The notes below the pieces were generated by a model. The model did no database searches and was not told where the DNA came from. It saw only the letters and a program-made list of their open reading frames with translations. A stretch of 64,000 nucleotides of DNA from Escherichia coli (GTDB lineage: Bacteria > Pseudomonadota > Gammaproteobacteria > Enterobacterales > Enterobacteriaceae), in NCBI RefSeq assembly GCF_022846255.1, contig NZ_AP025682.1; one strand, given 5' to 3'. Shown here one piece after another: positions 34,305 through 50,774 of the stretch. Each line of letters starts with the position of its first letter. The stretch's first letter is position 1. The translations under genes and the position numbers were made by a program.

Positions 34305-35369
34305 ATGAAAAAAATTGCTATTATCGGTACTGTTGGCATACCAGCATCATATGGCGGATTTGAAACATTAGTTGAAAATTTAACAAGATACAATTCCTCG
34401 GGAGTTGAATATAATGTTTTTTGTTCATCGTTTCACTACAAATCCCACCAAAAAAAACATAATGGGGCCCGTTTAATTTATATTCCGCTTAAAGCCAATG
34501 GATGGCAGAGCATTGCGTATGACATAATTTCGTTAGCATATTCTATTTTTTTGAAGCCTGATGTGATTCTGATTTTAGGGGTTTCTGGTTGTTCATTTTT
34601 GCCTTTCTTCAAACTCTTAACACGCGCTAAGTTTATTACTAATATTGATGGCTTGGAATGGCGAAGAGATAAATGGAATTCAAAAGTGAAACGTTTCTTA
34701 AAATTTTCAGAAAAAATCGCAGTTCAATATTCGGATGTCGTTATTACGGATAATGAGGCAATTTCTGAGTACGTTTTTAACGAGTATAATAAAGATAGCC
34801 GAGTTATTGCCTATGGAGGGGATCATGCATGGTTAAATACTGAGGATGTATTTACAACAAGAAATTATAAAAGCGATTACTACCTTTCTGTATGTCGTAT
34901 CGAACCCGAAAACAATGTAGAATTAATTTTAAAAACATTTTCAAAGCTAAAATATAAAATAAAATTTATTGGAAATTGGAATGGCAGCGAGTTTGGAAAG
35001 AAACTTAGGCTGCATTATTCTAACTATCCAAATATTGAAATGATTGATCCGATTTATGATCTTCAACAATTATTTCACTTACGAAATAATTGCATAGGAT
35101 ATATACATGGTCATTCGGCTGGAGGAACAAACCCTTCTTTAGTCGAGGCAATGCATTTTAGTAAACCTATATTTGCATATGATTGTAAGTTTAATAGGTA
35201 CACTACTGAAAATGAAGCATGTTATTTTTCTAATGAATCTGACCTCGCAGAGAAAATCATAATGCATTGTGAGCTATCATTAGGTGTCTCTGGCACGAAA
35301 ATGAAAGAAATTGCTAACCAGAAATACACTTGGAGACGAATAGCAGAAATGTATGAGGATTGCTATTAA
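34305..35369 (+). CDS. Glycosyltransferase (GT1/GT4 with DUF1972-like N-terminus)
   Basis: 354 aa; N-terminal KIAIIGTVGIPASYGGFETLVENL; last gene before gnd. Confidence 0.75.
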   Translation: MKKIAIIGTVGIPASYGGFETLVENLTRYNSSGVEYNVFCSSFHYKSHQKKHNGARLIYIPLKANGWQSIAYDIISLAYSIFLKPDVILILGVSGCSFLPFFKLLTRAKFITNIDGLEWRRDKWNSKVKRFLKFSEKIAVQYSDVVITDNEAISEYVFNEYNKDSRVIAYGGDHAWLNTEDVFTTRNYKSDYYLSVCRIEPENNVELILKTFSKLKYKIKFIGNWNGSEFGKKLRLHYSNYPNIEMIDPIYDLQQLFHLRNNCIGYIHGHSAGGTNPSLVEAMHFSKPIFAYDCKFNRYTTENEACYFSNESDLAEKIIMHCELSLGVSGTKMKEIANQKYTWRRIAEMYEDCY

Positions 35370-35473
35370 CTCTGTTAAACTTCAAATCTTTTACAATATA
35401 TGGCATGACTATAAGCGCATTAATTGTTTTTCAAGCCGCTCTCGCGGTGACCACCCCCTGACAGGAGTAAACA

Positions 35474-36880
35474 ATGTCAAAGCAACAGATCGGCGTCGTC
35501 GGTATGGCAGTGATGGGGCGCAACCTTGCGCTCAACATCGAAAGCCGTGGTTATACCGTCTCTATTTTCAACCGTTCCCGTGAAAAGACGGAAGAAGTGA
35601 TTGCCGAAAATCCAGGCAAGAAACTGGTTCCTTACTATACGGTGAAAGAGTTTGTTGAATCTCTGGAAACGCCTCGTCGCATCCTGTTAATGGTGAAAGC
35701 AGGTGCAGGCACGGATGCTGCTATTGATTCCCTCAAACCATATCTCGATAAAGGTGACATCATCATTGATGGTGGCAATACCTTCTTCCAGGACACCATT
35801 CGTCGTAACCGTGAACTTTCTGCCGAAGGCTTTAACTTCATTGGTACCGGTGTCTCCGGTGGTGAAGAAGGCGCGCTGAAAGGTCCTTCTATTATGCCTG
35901 GTGGGCAGAAAGAAGCCTATGAACTGGTTGCACCAATCCTGACCAAAATCGCCGCAGTAGCTGAAGACGGGGAGCCATGCGTTACCTATATTGGTGCCGA
36001 TGGCGCAGGCCATTATGTGAAGATGGTTCACAACGGTATTGAATACGGCGATATGCAGCTGATTGCTGAAGCCTATTCTCTGCTTAAAGGTGGCTTGAAC
36101 CTTTCCAACGAAGAACTGGCGCAGACCTTTACCGAGTGGAATAACGGTGAACTGAGCAGCTACCTGATTGACATCACTAAAGACATCTTCACTAAAAAAG
36201 ATGAAGACGGTAACTACCTGGTTGATGTGATTCTGGATGAAGCGGCTAACAAAGGTACCGGTAAATGGACCAGCCAGAGCGCGCTGGATCTCGGTGAACC
36301 GCTGTCGCTGATTACCGAGTCTGTGTTTGCACGTTATATCTCTTCTCTGAAAGATCAGCGTGTTGCCGCATCTAAAGTTCTCTCTGGCCCGCAAGCGCAG
36401 CCAGCAGGCGATAAAGATGAGTTCATCGAAAAAGTTCGCCGTGCACTGTATCTGGGCAAAATCGTTTCTTACGCTCAGGGCTTCTCTCAACTGCGTGCGG
36501 CGTCTGAAGAGTACAACTGGGATCTGGACTACGGCGAAATCGCGAAGATTTTCCGTGCTGGCTGCATCATCCGTGCGCAGTTCCTGCAGAAAATCACCGA
36601 TGCTTATGCCGAAAATCCGCAGATCGCTAACCTGCTGCTGGCTCCGTACTTCAAGCAAATCGCCGATGACTACCAGCAGGCGCTGCGCGATGTCGTCGCT
36701 TACGCGGTACAGAACGGTATCCCGGTTCCGACCTTCGCCGCTGCGGTTGCCTATTATGACAGCTACCGCGCCGCTGTTCTGCCTGCGAACCTGATCCAGG
36801 CACAGCGTGACTATTTCGGTGCGCATACTTATAAGCGCATTGATAAAGAAGGTGTGTTCCATACCGAATGGCTGGATTAA
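35474..36880 (+). CDS. gnd: 6-phosphogluconate dehydrogenase (decarboxylating)
   Basis: 468 aa; [21 protein letters not shown]ossmann N-terminus; conserved position between the O-antigen cluster and ugd. Confidence 0.97.
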   Translation: MSKQQIGVVGMAVMGRNLALNIESRGYTVSIFNRSREKTEEVIAENPGKKLVPYYTVKEFVESLETPRRILLMVKAGAGTDAAIDSLKPYLDKGDIIIDGGNTFFQDTIRRNRELSAEGFNFIGTGVSGGEEGALKGPSIMPGGQKEAYELVAPILTKIAAVAEDGEPCVTYIGADGAGHYVKMVHNGIEYGDMQLIAEAYSLLKGGLNLSNEELAQTFTEWNNGELSSYLIDITKDIFTKKDEDGNYLVDVILDEAANKGTGKWTSQSALDLGEPLSLITESVFARYISSLKDQRVAASKVLSGPQAQPAGDKDEFIEKVRRALYLGKIVSYAQGFSQLRAASEEYNWDLDYGEIAKIFRAGCIIRAQFLQKITDAYAENPQIANLLLAPYFKQIADDYQQALRDVVAYAVQNGIPVPTFAAAVAYYDSYRAAVLPANLIQAQRDYFGAHTYKRIDKEGVFHTEWLD

Positions 36881-36906
36881 TCTGATTTAATCAACAATAA
36901 AATTGA

Positions 36907-36937
36907 GGCCCGGCGTATATTATGCCGGGTTTTTTTT
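36907..36937 (+). terminator. Rho-independent terminator after gnd
   Basis: ggcccggcgtatattatgccggg hairpin followed by an 8-T tract. Confidence 0.8.
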
Positions 36938-37118
36938 ACCAATTATCTTATAGACTAAATTTCACTGCTTAATATTAACTTAATAAATATCAGCTATTCT
37001 TATAAAGAAATTCTGAATTGTTTTTCGTTGCGTTGACCATCTTACAACGTAGCGTTAAAACTTTTAACTCTTATCAGGATGCTAAAAACATCATGATTCA
37101 CAGTTAAGTTAATTCTGA

Positions 37119-38294
<1,176 letters not shown>

Positions 38295-38303
38295 CATCCT
38301 GTT

Positions 38304-38336
38304 ATCAGGGCTATTTACGCCCTGATTGTCTTTTGT
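38304..38336 (+). terminator. Rho-independent terminator after ugd
   Basis: atcagggctatttacgccctgat hairpin followed by a T-rich run. Confidence 0.7.
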
Positions 38337-38439
38337 TACTTGCGTAACAATTCATTATTTTTATCAATTATCCTATAGCATTCATGAGGATTATCGCTAA
38401 ACTATGCGGACTTGGAAATTTCCGTCAGTTAGGGTAATG

Positions 38440-39420
38440 ATGAGAGTAGAAAATAATAATGTTTCTGGGCAAAACCATGACCCGGAACAGATTGATTTGA
38501 TTGATTTACTAGTGCAGTTGTGGCGTGGCAAGATGACAATCATCATTTCCGTCATTGTGGCTATTGCCCTGGCTATTGGATATTTGGCAGTAGCGAAGGA
38601 GAAATGGACGTCAACAGCAATTATCACTCAGCCCGATGTGGGGCAAATTGCTGGCTATAACAATGCCATGAATGTTATCTATGGTCAGGCTGCACCGAAA
38701 GTATCGGATTTGCAGGAGACGTTAATTGGTCGCTTCAGTTCTGCCTTCTCTGCATTAGCAGAAACGCTGGATAATCAGGAAGAACCAGAAAAACTTACCA
38801 TCGAACCTTCTGTTAAGAACCAGCAATTACCATTGACTGTTTCTTATGTTGGGCAAACTGCAGAGGGCGCACAAATGAAGTTGGCCCAATACATTCAGCA
38901 AGTTGACGATAAAGTGAATCAAGAGTTAGAAAAGGATCTCAAGGACAACATTGCTCTGGGACGGAAAAACTTGCAGGACTCTTTAAGAACGCAGGAAGTG
39001 GTTGCGCAGGAGCAGAAAGATCTGCGTATCCGTCAGATTCAGGAAGCGTTGCAGTATGCGAATCAGGCGCAGGTGACAAAACCGCAGATTCAACAGACTG
39101 GCGAAGATATCACACAAGATACGTTGTTCCTTTTGGGGAGCGAAGCGCTGGAGTCGATGATTAAGCATGAGGCGACCCGTCCGTTGGTGTTCTCACCAAA
39201 CTACTATCAGACTCGTCAAAACCTGCTTGATATCGAAAGCTTAAAGGTTGATGATCTTGATATTCATGCTTACCGCTATGTAATGAAACCGACGTTACCT
39301 ATTCGTCGTGATAGCCCGAAAAAGGCAATTACCTTGATTCTGGCGGTGCTGCTGGGTGGCATGGTTGGCGCGGGGATTGTGCTGGGGCGTAATGCTCTAC
39401 GCAATTACAACGCGAAGTAA
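38440..39420 (+). CDS. wzzB: O-antigen chain-length determinant (PCP-1)
   Basis: Start taken at the ATG at 38440 (MRVENNNVSGQ...), giving 326 aa; N- and C-terminal transmembrane helices flanking a coiled-coil periplasmic domain. Confidence 0.9.
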   Translation: MRVENNNVSGQNHDPEQIDLIDLLVQLWRGKMTIIISVIVAIALAIGYLAVAKEKWTSTAIITQPDVGQIAGYNNAMNVIYGQAAPKVSDLQETLIGRFSSAFSALAETLDNQEEPEKLTIEPSVKNQQLPLTVSYVGQTAEGAQMKLAQYIQQVDDKVNQELEKDLKDNIALGRKNLQDSLRTQEVVAQEQKDLRIRQIQEALQYANQAQVTKPQIQQTGEDITQDTLFLLGSEALESMIKHEATRPLVFSPNYYQTRQNLLDIESLKVDDLDIHAYRYVMKPTLPIRRDSPKKAITLILAVLLGGMVGAGIVLGRNALRNYNAK

Positions 39421-39436
39421 TCTTTTCGGTTTTAAA

Positions 39437-39475
39437 GAAAAAGGGCAGGGTGGTGACACCTTGCCCGTTTTTTTG
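39437..39475. terminator. Bidirectional rho-independent terminator between wzzB and the his operon
   Basis: A-tract, then gggcagggtggtgacaccttgccc hairpin, then T-tract; followed by a REP-like palindrome ccggatgcggcaacaatatcgcatccg. Confidence 0.75.
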
Positions 39476-39515
39476 CCGGATGCGGCAACAATATCGCATC
39501 CGCTTACCCCGCAAC

Positions 39516-40120
39516 TCACTGATGCCGTTTACGCAGGTTCTCAATTACCGTCGTTAAATCCAGCCCCTGATCCTGCAACAACACCAGCAGGTGATACATC
39601 AAATCAGATGCCTCGTTGGTCAGCTCAAAGCGGTCATGTACCGTCGCGGCCAGCGCGGTTTCCACGCCTTCTTCGCCTACTTTCTGCGCAATGCGTTTGG
39701 TGCCGCTGGCATACAGTTTGGCAGTGTAGGAGGTTTCCGGGTCGGCAGATTTACGTTCGGCGAGCAGTTGTTCCAGTTGATACAGGAACAGCCACTGGTG
39801 AGCGGTGTCGCCGAAGCAGCTGCTGGTGCCTTTGTGGCAGGTTGGCCCGATGGGATTCGCCAGCACCAGTAACGTGTCGTTGTCGCAGTCCGGGGCAATA
39901 CTCACTACGTTGAGGAAATTGCCCGACGTTTCGCCTTTGGTCCACAGTCGCTGTTTAGTGCGCGAGAAGAAGGTGACTTTGCCGCTTTCGAGGGTTTTGT
40001 CTAAGGCTTCCGGGTTCATATAGCCCAGCATTAGCACTTCGCCGGATACCGCGTGTTGCACAATCACCGGCATAAGTCCGTCGGTTTTTTCCCAGTCCAG
40101 TTCGCGACGTTGTTGTTCTG

Positions 40121-40127
<7 letters not shown>
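39516..40127 (-). CDS. hisI: Bifunctional phosphoribosyl-AMP cyclohydrolase / phosphoribosyl-ATP pyrophosphatase
   Basis: 203 aa; last gene of the his operon. Confidence 0.95.
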
Positions 40128-42205
<2,078 letters not shown>

Positions 42206-42206
<1 letters not shown>

Positions 42207-43272
42207 TACAGCACTCCTTTTGACGAGGGCAGGGTGTCGCCTTCCACGCGGATGGCCTGGCGCAGGGTGCGACCAAAGGCTTTGAACAGGCTCTCTACAC
42301 GGTGATGATCGTTTTTACCTTTGGTTTTCAGGTGTAGCGTCACGCCCATAGTGTAAGAGAGCGAACGGAAGAAGTGCTCGATCATTTCAGTGCTGAGATC
42401 GCCCACGCGCTGGTAGGTAAATTCGGCTTTATATTCCAGGTGCGGGCGACCAGAGATATCCAGCGCGCAGCGGGCAAGGCATTCGTCCATCGGCAGCACA
42501 AAACCAAAGCGACAAATACCGCGTTTATCGCCGAGGGCAATTTTTAACGCTTCGCCCAGCGCCAGGCCGGTATCTTCGACGGTGTGGTGATCGTCGATAT
42601 AGAGGTCGCCTTTGACGTTGATTTCCATGCGGAAACCGCCGTGGGTGGCGATCTGATCCAGCATGTGATCAAAGAAGCCAACGCCGGTGTTAATCTTGCT
42701 GCCACCTTCACGATCCAGCCACACCTGGACGTCAATTTGCGTCTCTTTGGTGTTGCGCACTACGTGGGCGTAACGGTCTCGTTTAGTGAGTTGCTCGCCA
42801 ATCATCGGCCAGTTCAGGGTTTCGCGGTCGTAGCGTAAACCATTAATACCCATGTTTTCCGCCAGTTGAATATCGGTCGCGCGATCGCCAATCACATAAC
42901 TGTTGGCACGATCCATCGCTTGCTCAGCGAGATAACGCTCCACCAGTTTTACTTTCGGTTTACGGCAGTCGCACTCATCTGCGGGCAGGTGCGGACAAAT
43001 CAGCACTTCATCAAACTGCACGCCTTGCGAGGTGAAGATCTGCATCATCAGGTTGTGCGGTCCATCAAAATCCGCCTGCGGGAAACTTTGTGTTCCCAGA
43101 CCATCCTGATTAGTGATCATCACCAGTTTGTAGCCCGCTTTTTGCAGCTTCAGCAGTTCCGGGATCACGCCCGGTTCAAAGGCGAGTTTGTCAAAACGGT
43201 CCACCTGAAAATCACTCGGCGGTTCGCTAATCAGGGTTCCATCGCGATCGATAAAAAGATACTTCTGACTCA

Positions 43273-43273
<1 letters not shown>
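42206..43273 (-). CDS. hisB: Bifunctional histidinol-phosphatase / imidazoleglycerol-phosphate dehydratase
   Basis: 355 aa from [14 protein letters not shown] (HAD motif); start overlaps the hisC stop. Confidence 0.95.
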
Positions 43274-45644
<2,371 letters not shown>

Positions 45645-45649
45645 GGCGA

Positions 45650-46549
45650 TCACTCCATCATCTTCTCAATCGGCAGGACCAGGATTGAACTGGCACCCAG
45701 CGCTTTCAGTTTTTCCATGGTTTCCCAGAACAGGGTTTCGCTGCTGACCATGTGCATCGCTACGCGCTGTTGATCACCCGCCAGCGGCAGAATAGTTGGG
45801 CGTTCGGCACCTGGCAGCAGGGCGATGACTTCATCCAGACGTTCGGTCGGTGCGTGCATCATGATGTATTTTGATTCGCGCGCCTGGATCACACCCTGAA
45901 TACGGGTCAGCAGTTTGTCGATCAGTTGCTGTTTGGATTCTTCCATTTCGCCATCGCGTTGGATCAGGCAAGCTTTCGAGCGGTAGATAACTTCGACTTC
46001 GCGCAGGCCGTTTGCTTCCAGCGTGGCACCGGTGGAAACCAGATCGCAAATCGCATCCGCCAGTCCGGCACGCGGGGCGACTTCAACAGAACCGTTCAGT
46101 AAGCAGGATTTAAAAGAGATGCCTTTCTGGTCGAGATAACGCTTGAGCAGGTGAGGATAAGAGGTGGCGATACGTTTACCGTTTAAGGAGAGCGGGCCGT
46201 CCCAGGCTTCATCAACCGGCGTTGCCAGTGAAAGTCGGCAGCCGCCAAAATCCAGACGACGCAGGGTAAAGTAGCGCGGATCTTCACCCTGGGCGCGGCG
46301 GTTAAGCAGCTCTTCTTCCAGCACGTTTTCGCCGATAATCCCAAGGTCTACCACGCCATCCATTACCAGACCGGGAATGTCGTCGTCACGCACGCGCAGA
46401 ATATCAATCGGCATGTTTTCTGCCATCGCGATCAGGCGCTGGGTGTGAAGATTGATTTTAATGCCACAGCGCGCCAGCAATTCGCGTGAATCATCACTTA
46501 AACGGCCGGATTTCTGCATAGCTATGCGTAAACGAGTGTTGTCTGTCAT
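45650..46549 (-). CDS. hisG: ATP phosphoribosyltransferase
   Basis: 299 aa from [17 protein letters not shown]...; the track ORF's 13-codon upstream extension lies in the attenuator region. Confidence 0.95.
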
Positions 46550-46585
46550 TTTGTTATTCCTCTTTAAACCTGTCTGAACCGTTAT

Positions 46586-46626
46586 CAACCGCGCAATAAA
46601 AAAGCCCCCGGAAGGTGATCTTCCGG
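46586..46626 (-). terminator. his attenuator (rho-independent terminator hairpin)
   Basis: Minus-strand gagaaagcccccggaagatcaccttccgggggcttttttat between hisL and hisG. Confidence 0.9.
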
Positions 46627-46694
46627 GGGCTTTCTCATGCGTTCATGCACCACTGGAAGATCTGAATGTCTTCCAGCACACATCGCCTGAAAGA

Positions 46695-46745
46695 CTAGTC
46701 AGGATGATGGTGATGATGGTGGTGTTTAAATTGAACGCGTGTCAT
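46695..46745 (-). CDS. hisL: his operon leader peptide
   Basis: Minus-strand atgacacgcgttcaatttaaacaccaccatcatcaccatcatcctgactag encodes MTRVQFKHHHHHHHPD with 7 consecutive His codons; too short for the ORF track. Confidence 0.95.
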   Translation of the reverse strand: MTRVQFKHHHHHHHPD

Positions 46746-46783
46746 AAAAGTCTCTGTGAATGTTTATTCAACTGATGTCTTTT

Positions 46784-46813
46784 AACCTAAACCACTTTCA
46801 CGTTAGAAAGCAA
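46784..46813 (-). promoter_or_regulatory. Putative his promoter (-35 TTGCTT, -10 TAGGTT on the minus strand)
   Basis: Hexamers with about 18-bp spacing, roughly 40-70 bp upstream of hisL; AT-rich UP-like tract further upstream. Confidence 0.6.
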
Positions 46814-46967
46814 GGGCTTTTTTATATATTTTATGGCAATGGATTTGTTTAATGAATGAGCGGGGAAAGGAGGGGGCCTGGAGTGACTACGTTAGAAAAG
46901 AAATCGTGAAAATATGTCTTTAAAACCCTCAAGAACATTGTGTTCTGTAACTAAAGTGGGCTTTGTT

Positions 46968-47072
46968 CCTGCCGGATGCGGCGTGAATGCCTTATCTGGT
47001 CTACAAATGTTGCGTAAATTCAATATATTGATGTTTTTGTAGGACTGATAAGCGGAGCGCATCAGGCAATGG
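46968..47072. repeat. Two REP elements in the hisL-yeeZ spacer
   Basis: gccggatgcggcgtgaatgccttatctgg and gtaggactgataagcggagcgcatcaggc palindromic REP-type motifs. Confidence 0.65.
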
Positions 47073-47171
47073 TATATTTGCTAACCGTTTCGATTTCATT
47101 CATAGAATGAATTGTCAGTTTTGATACGCTAGCGTAGCCTTATAGATCTTAGGTGTATCAGGAGATAACGG

Positions 47172-47996
47172 ATGAAAAAGGTCGCAATTGTCGGGTTAGG
47201 GTGGTTAGGCATGCCGCTGGCGATGTCACTTTCAGCGCGAGGCTGGCAAGTCACCGGGAGTAAAACCACACAAGATGGTGTCGAAGCGGCCCGAATGAGT
47301 GGCATTGATAGCTATCTGCTTCGCATGGAGCCTGAGTTAGTTTGCGATTCTGACGATCTGGATGCCCTGATGGATGCCGATGCGCTGGTCATTACGCTTC
47401 CGGCACGTCGTAGCGGCCCCGGCGATGAGTTCTATTTACAAGCGGTACAAGAGTTAGTGGATAGCGCGCTGGCTCATCGTATTCCCCGCATTATTTTCAC
47501 CAGCTCAACGTCTGTCTATGGCGACGCGCAAGGCACGGTGAAAGAAACTACCCCGCGTAATCCGGTAACCAACAGTGGAAGAGTATTAGAAGAACTCGAA
47601 GACTGGCTGCACAATTTACCCGGTACTTCGGTCGATATTCTGCGTCTTGCGGGCCTTGTCGGACCGGGACGTCATCCCGGACGCTTCTTTGCCGGAAAAA
47701 CCGCGCCTGATGGTGAACATGGTGTTAATTTAGTCCATTTAGAAGATGTTATTGGCGCTATCACTCTGTTGTTACAGGCACCTAAAGGCGGACACATCTA
47801 TAATATATGTGCGCCAGCTCACCCTGCGCGTAATGTTTTCTATCCGCAGATGGCCCGTTTACTGGGGCTGGAACCTCCGCAGTTCAGAAATAGTCTGGAC
47901 AGCGGCAAAGGTAAGATTATTGATGGCAGTCGGATTTGTAATGAACTGGGGTTTGAATACCAGTATCCCGATCCGCTGGTAATGCCGCTGGAGTAA
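47172..47996 (+). CDS. yeeZ: NAD(P)-binding epimerase/dehydratase-like protein
   Basis: 274 aa; MKKVAIVGLGWLGMPLA Rossmann N-terminus; AGGAG RBS upstream. Confidence 0.85.
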   Translation: MKKVAIVGLGWLGMPLAMSLSARGWQVTGSKTTQDGVEAARMSGIDSYLLRMEPELVCDSDDLDALMDADALVITLPARRSGPGDEFYLQAVQELVDSALAHRIPRIIFTSSTSVYGDAQGTVKETTPRNPVTNSGRVLEELEDWLHNLPGTSVDILRLAGLVGPGRHPGRFFAGKTAPDGEHGVNLVHLEDVIGAITLLLQAPKGGHIYNICAPAHPARNVFYPQMARLLGLEPPQFRNSLDSGKGKIIDGSRICNELGFEYQYPDPLVMPLE

Positions 47997-48041
47997 ACGA
48001 TCACGCCAGCAGGACGCCGCATGCACTGCAAGGGGGCGTGT

Positions 48042-48971
48042 ATGAAACCACTGCTGGATGTGTTGATGATCCTCGATGCCTTAGAAAAAGAAGGCAGTTT
48101 TGCGGCGGCGTCGGCCAAACTCTACAAGACGCCGTCCGCTCTGAGTTACACCGTTCACAAGCTGGAAAGCGACCTTAATATTCAATTGCTTGATCGTAGC
48201 GGTCACCGCGCTAAATTCACCCGCACCGGAAAAATGTTATTAGAGAAAGGGCGGGAAGTTCTGCATACCGTGCGGGAACTGGAAAAGCAGGCGATCAAAC
48301 TGCATGAAGGCTGGGAAAACGAGCTGGTGATTGGCGTGGACGACACGTTTCCTTTTTCTCTGCTTGCGCCACTGATTGAAGCTTTTTATCAACATCATAG
48401 CGTGACGCGCCTGAAGTTTATCAATGGCGTACTCGGTGGTTCCTGGGATGCCCTGACTCAGGGGCGAGCGGATATTATTGTTGGCGCGATGCATGAGCCA
48501 CCATCTTCCAGTGAATTTGGTTTCTCGCGGTTGGGCGATCTGGAACAAGTCTTTGCGGTCGCGCCTCATCATCCGTTAGCCCAGGAAGAAGAGCCGTTAA
48601 ACCGTCGTATCATTAAGCGATATCGGGCGATTGTGGTGGGGGACACTGCGCAGGCAGGCGCTTCTACGGCCTCACAACTTCTCGACGAACAAGAAGCCAT
48701 TACCGTTTTCGATTTTAAAACCAAGCTGGAGCTGCAAATTAGCGGCCTCGGCTGCGGCTATTTACCCCGTTATCTGGCGCAACGTTTTCTCGATAGTGGC
48801 GCGTTAATCGAGAAGAAAGTGGTCGCCCAAACTCTCTTTGAACCCGTCTGGATTGGCTGGAATGAACAGACCGCAGGGCTTGCCAGCGGCTGGTGGCGGG
48901 ATGAAATTTTAGCAAATAGTGCGATCGCCGGTGTTTATGCAAAATCTGATGACGGAAAATCAGCCATTTAA
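48042..48971 (+). CDS. yeeY: LysR-family transcriptional regulator
   Basis: Start taken at the ATG at 48042 (MKPLLDVLMILDALEKEGSFAAASAKLYKTPSALSYTVHKLE, an HTH), giving 309 aa. Confidence 0.85.
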   Translation: MKPLLDVLMILDALEKEGSFAAASAKLYKTPSALSYTVHKLESDLNIQLLDRSGHRAKFTRTGKMLLEKGREVLHTVRELEKQAIKLHEGWENELVIGVDDTFPFSLLAPLIEAFYQHHSVTRLKFINGVLGGSWDALTQGRADIIVGAMHEPPSSSEFGFSRLGDLEQVFAVAPHHPLAQEEEPLNRRIIKRYRAIVVGDTAQAGASTASQLLDEQEAITVFDFKTKLELQISGLGCGYLPRYLAQRFLDSGALIEKKVVAQTLFEPVWIGWNEQTAGLASGWWRDEILANSAIAGVYAKSDDGKSAI

Positions 48972-49237
48972 AGAAAAATTATTATGACAAGCCTCTCATT
49001 CTCTTGTCATTTCCCCCCCATTTAGGCACAATGCGCCGCTGTCAAAAAATGACTAAAAACCGACGTTTCATCAGCGTCGGTTATTTTTTGCTTCAAACCA
49101 ATCATTCATACCAAGAGGCCGGGCTTCGTACCGGATAGATATTTACTAAAAATCGACAGTTGTTGTCGCTGAGGAATCCAAAAAAATGGGGCAATTTTTT
49201 GCTTACGCGACGGTTATCACCGTAAAGGAGAATGACC

Positions 49238-50596
49238 ATGTCGCATAACGTTACTCCAAACACCTCTCGCGTGGAATTGCGTAAAACGCTTACGTTAGTT
49301 CCGGTTGTAATGATGGGTCTTGCCTATATGCAGCCGATGACGCTGTTTGATACTTTTGGTATCGTTTCAGGCCTCACGGATGGTCATGTGCCGACAGCCT
49401 ATGCGTTCGCATTGATTGCGATCCTGTTTACGGCTCTGAGCTACGGGAAGCTGGTCCGCCGCTATCCTTCTGCTGGCTCTGCATACACTTACGCCCAGAA
49501 ATCCATTAGCCCGACTGTCGGCTTTATGGTGGGTTGGTCTTCTCTGCTCGACTATCTGTTCGCGCCGATGATCAACATTCTGCTGGCGAAAATCTATTTT
49601 GAAGCTCTGGTGCCTTCCATTCCATCGTGGATGTTTGTGGTGGCGCTGGTGGCCTTTATGACCGCCTTTAACCTGCGTAGTCTGAAATCCGTAGCGAACT
49701 TCAACACTGTAATCGTCGTGTTGCAGGTAGTGCTGATCGCGGTGATCCTGGGCATGGTTGTTTATGGCGTATTTGAAGGTGAAGGAGCGGGTACGCTGGC
49801 GAGCACTCGTCCGTTCTGGTCTGGCGATGCGCATGTTATCCCGATGATTACCGGGGCGACAATCCTGTGCTTCTCCTTTACCGGCTTTGACGGCATCAGC
49901 AACCTGTCGGAAGAAACCAAAGATGCAGAGCGCGTGATCCCGCGTGCGATTTTCCTGACCGCGCTGATTGGCGGCATGATCTTCATCTTTGCAACTTACT
50001 TCCTGCAGCTGTACTTCCCGGATATCTCTCGCTTTAAAGATCCGGATGCGTCACAGCCTGAAATCATGCTGTACGTTGCGGGTAAAGCGTTCCAGGTTGG
50101 CGCGCTGATCTTCTCCACCATTACCGTACTGGCGTCCGGTATGGCGGCGCACGCAGGCGTTGCGCGTCTGATGTACGTAATGGGTCGTGACGGCGTGTTC
50201 CCGAAAAGCTTCTTCGGTTATGTACACCCGAAATGGCGTACTCCGGCGATGAATATCATCCTGGTTGGCGCGATTGCCCTGCTGGCAATCAACTTTGACC
50301 TGGTAATGGCAACGGCGCTGATTAACTTTGGTGCGTTGGTGGCGTTCACCTTCGTTAACCTGTCGGTCATCTCGCAGTTCTGGATCCGTGAGAAGCGTAA
50401 CAAGACGCTGAAAGATCACTTCCAGTATCTGTTCCTGCCGATGTGTGGTGCGCTGACCGTTGGTGCGCTGTGGGTTAACCTGGAAGAAAGCTCAATGGTT
50501 CTGGGTCTGATCTGGGCTGCTATCGGTCTGATTTACCTGGCATGCGTAACCAAGAGCTTCCGTAACCCGGTTCCGCAGTACGAAGACGTAGCATAA
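49238..50596 (+). CDS. plaP: Putrescine importer (APC family amino acid/polyamine permease)
   Basis: 452 aa from [16 protein letters not shown]...; 12 predicted transmembrane helices. Confidence 0.85.
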   Translation: MSHNVTPNTSRVELRKTLTLVPVVMMGLAYMQPMTLFDTFGIVSGLTDGHVPTAYAFALIAILFTALSYGKLVRRYPSAGSAYTYAQKSISPTVGFMVGWSSLLDYLFAPMINILLAKIYFEALVPSIPSWMFVVALVAFMTAFNLRSLKSVANFNTVIVVLQVVLIAVILGMVVYGVFEGEGAGTLASTRPFWSGDAHVIPMITGATILCFSFTGFDGISNLSEETKDAERVIPRAIFLTALIGGMIFIFATYFLQLYFPDISRFKDPDASQPEIMLYVAGKAFQVGALIFSTITVLASGMAAHAGVARLMYVMGRDGVFPKSFFGYVHPKWRTPAMNIILVGAIALLAINFDLVMATALINFGALVAFTFVNLSVISQFWIREKRNKTLKDHFQYLFLPMCGALTVGALWVNLEESSMVLGLIWAAIGLIYLACVTKSFRNPVPQYEDVA

Positions 50597-50614
50597 TCAT
50601 CTTTTCTAATAATC

Positions 50615-50652
50615 AACCGGAGTCGAATGAATATTTGGCTCCGGTTTTTTTA
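50615..50652 (+). terminator. Rho-independent terminator after plaP
   Basis: ccggagtcgaatgaatatttggctccgg hairpin followed by a 7-T tract. Confidence 0.8.
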
Positions 50653-50774
50653 TTCTTTTTTATCGAAATCCTCATTAATAACCATTTGTTCTAATTTAGA
50701 GAATTTGGTTATTGGTCTGCATTCCACCAGTCATGAATAATTTCCTTATTAACATTCATCTGGTTAATTAATTT

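Noticed and set aside
35353-35583. 76-aa ORF overlapping the gnd start
   Set aside because: It spans the intergenic region and the gnd 5' end in another frame, with no RBS or motif; likely spurious.
35687-36862. 391-aa minus-strand ORF inside gnd
   Set aside because: Antisense to the 6-phosphogluconate dehydrogenase gene; a typical long shadow ORF.
46860-46910. Micro-ORF (GTG, 8 codons) preceded by an AGGAGG-like sequence in the hisL-yeeZ spacer
   Set aside because: Too short and without supporting context; probably a chance occurrence.
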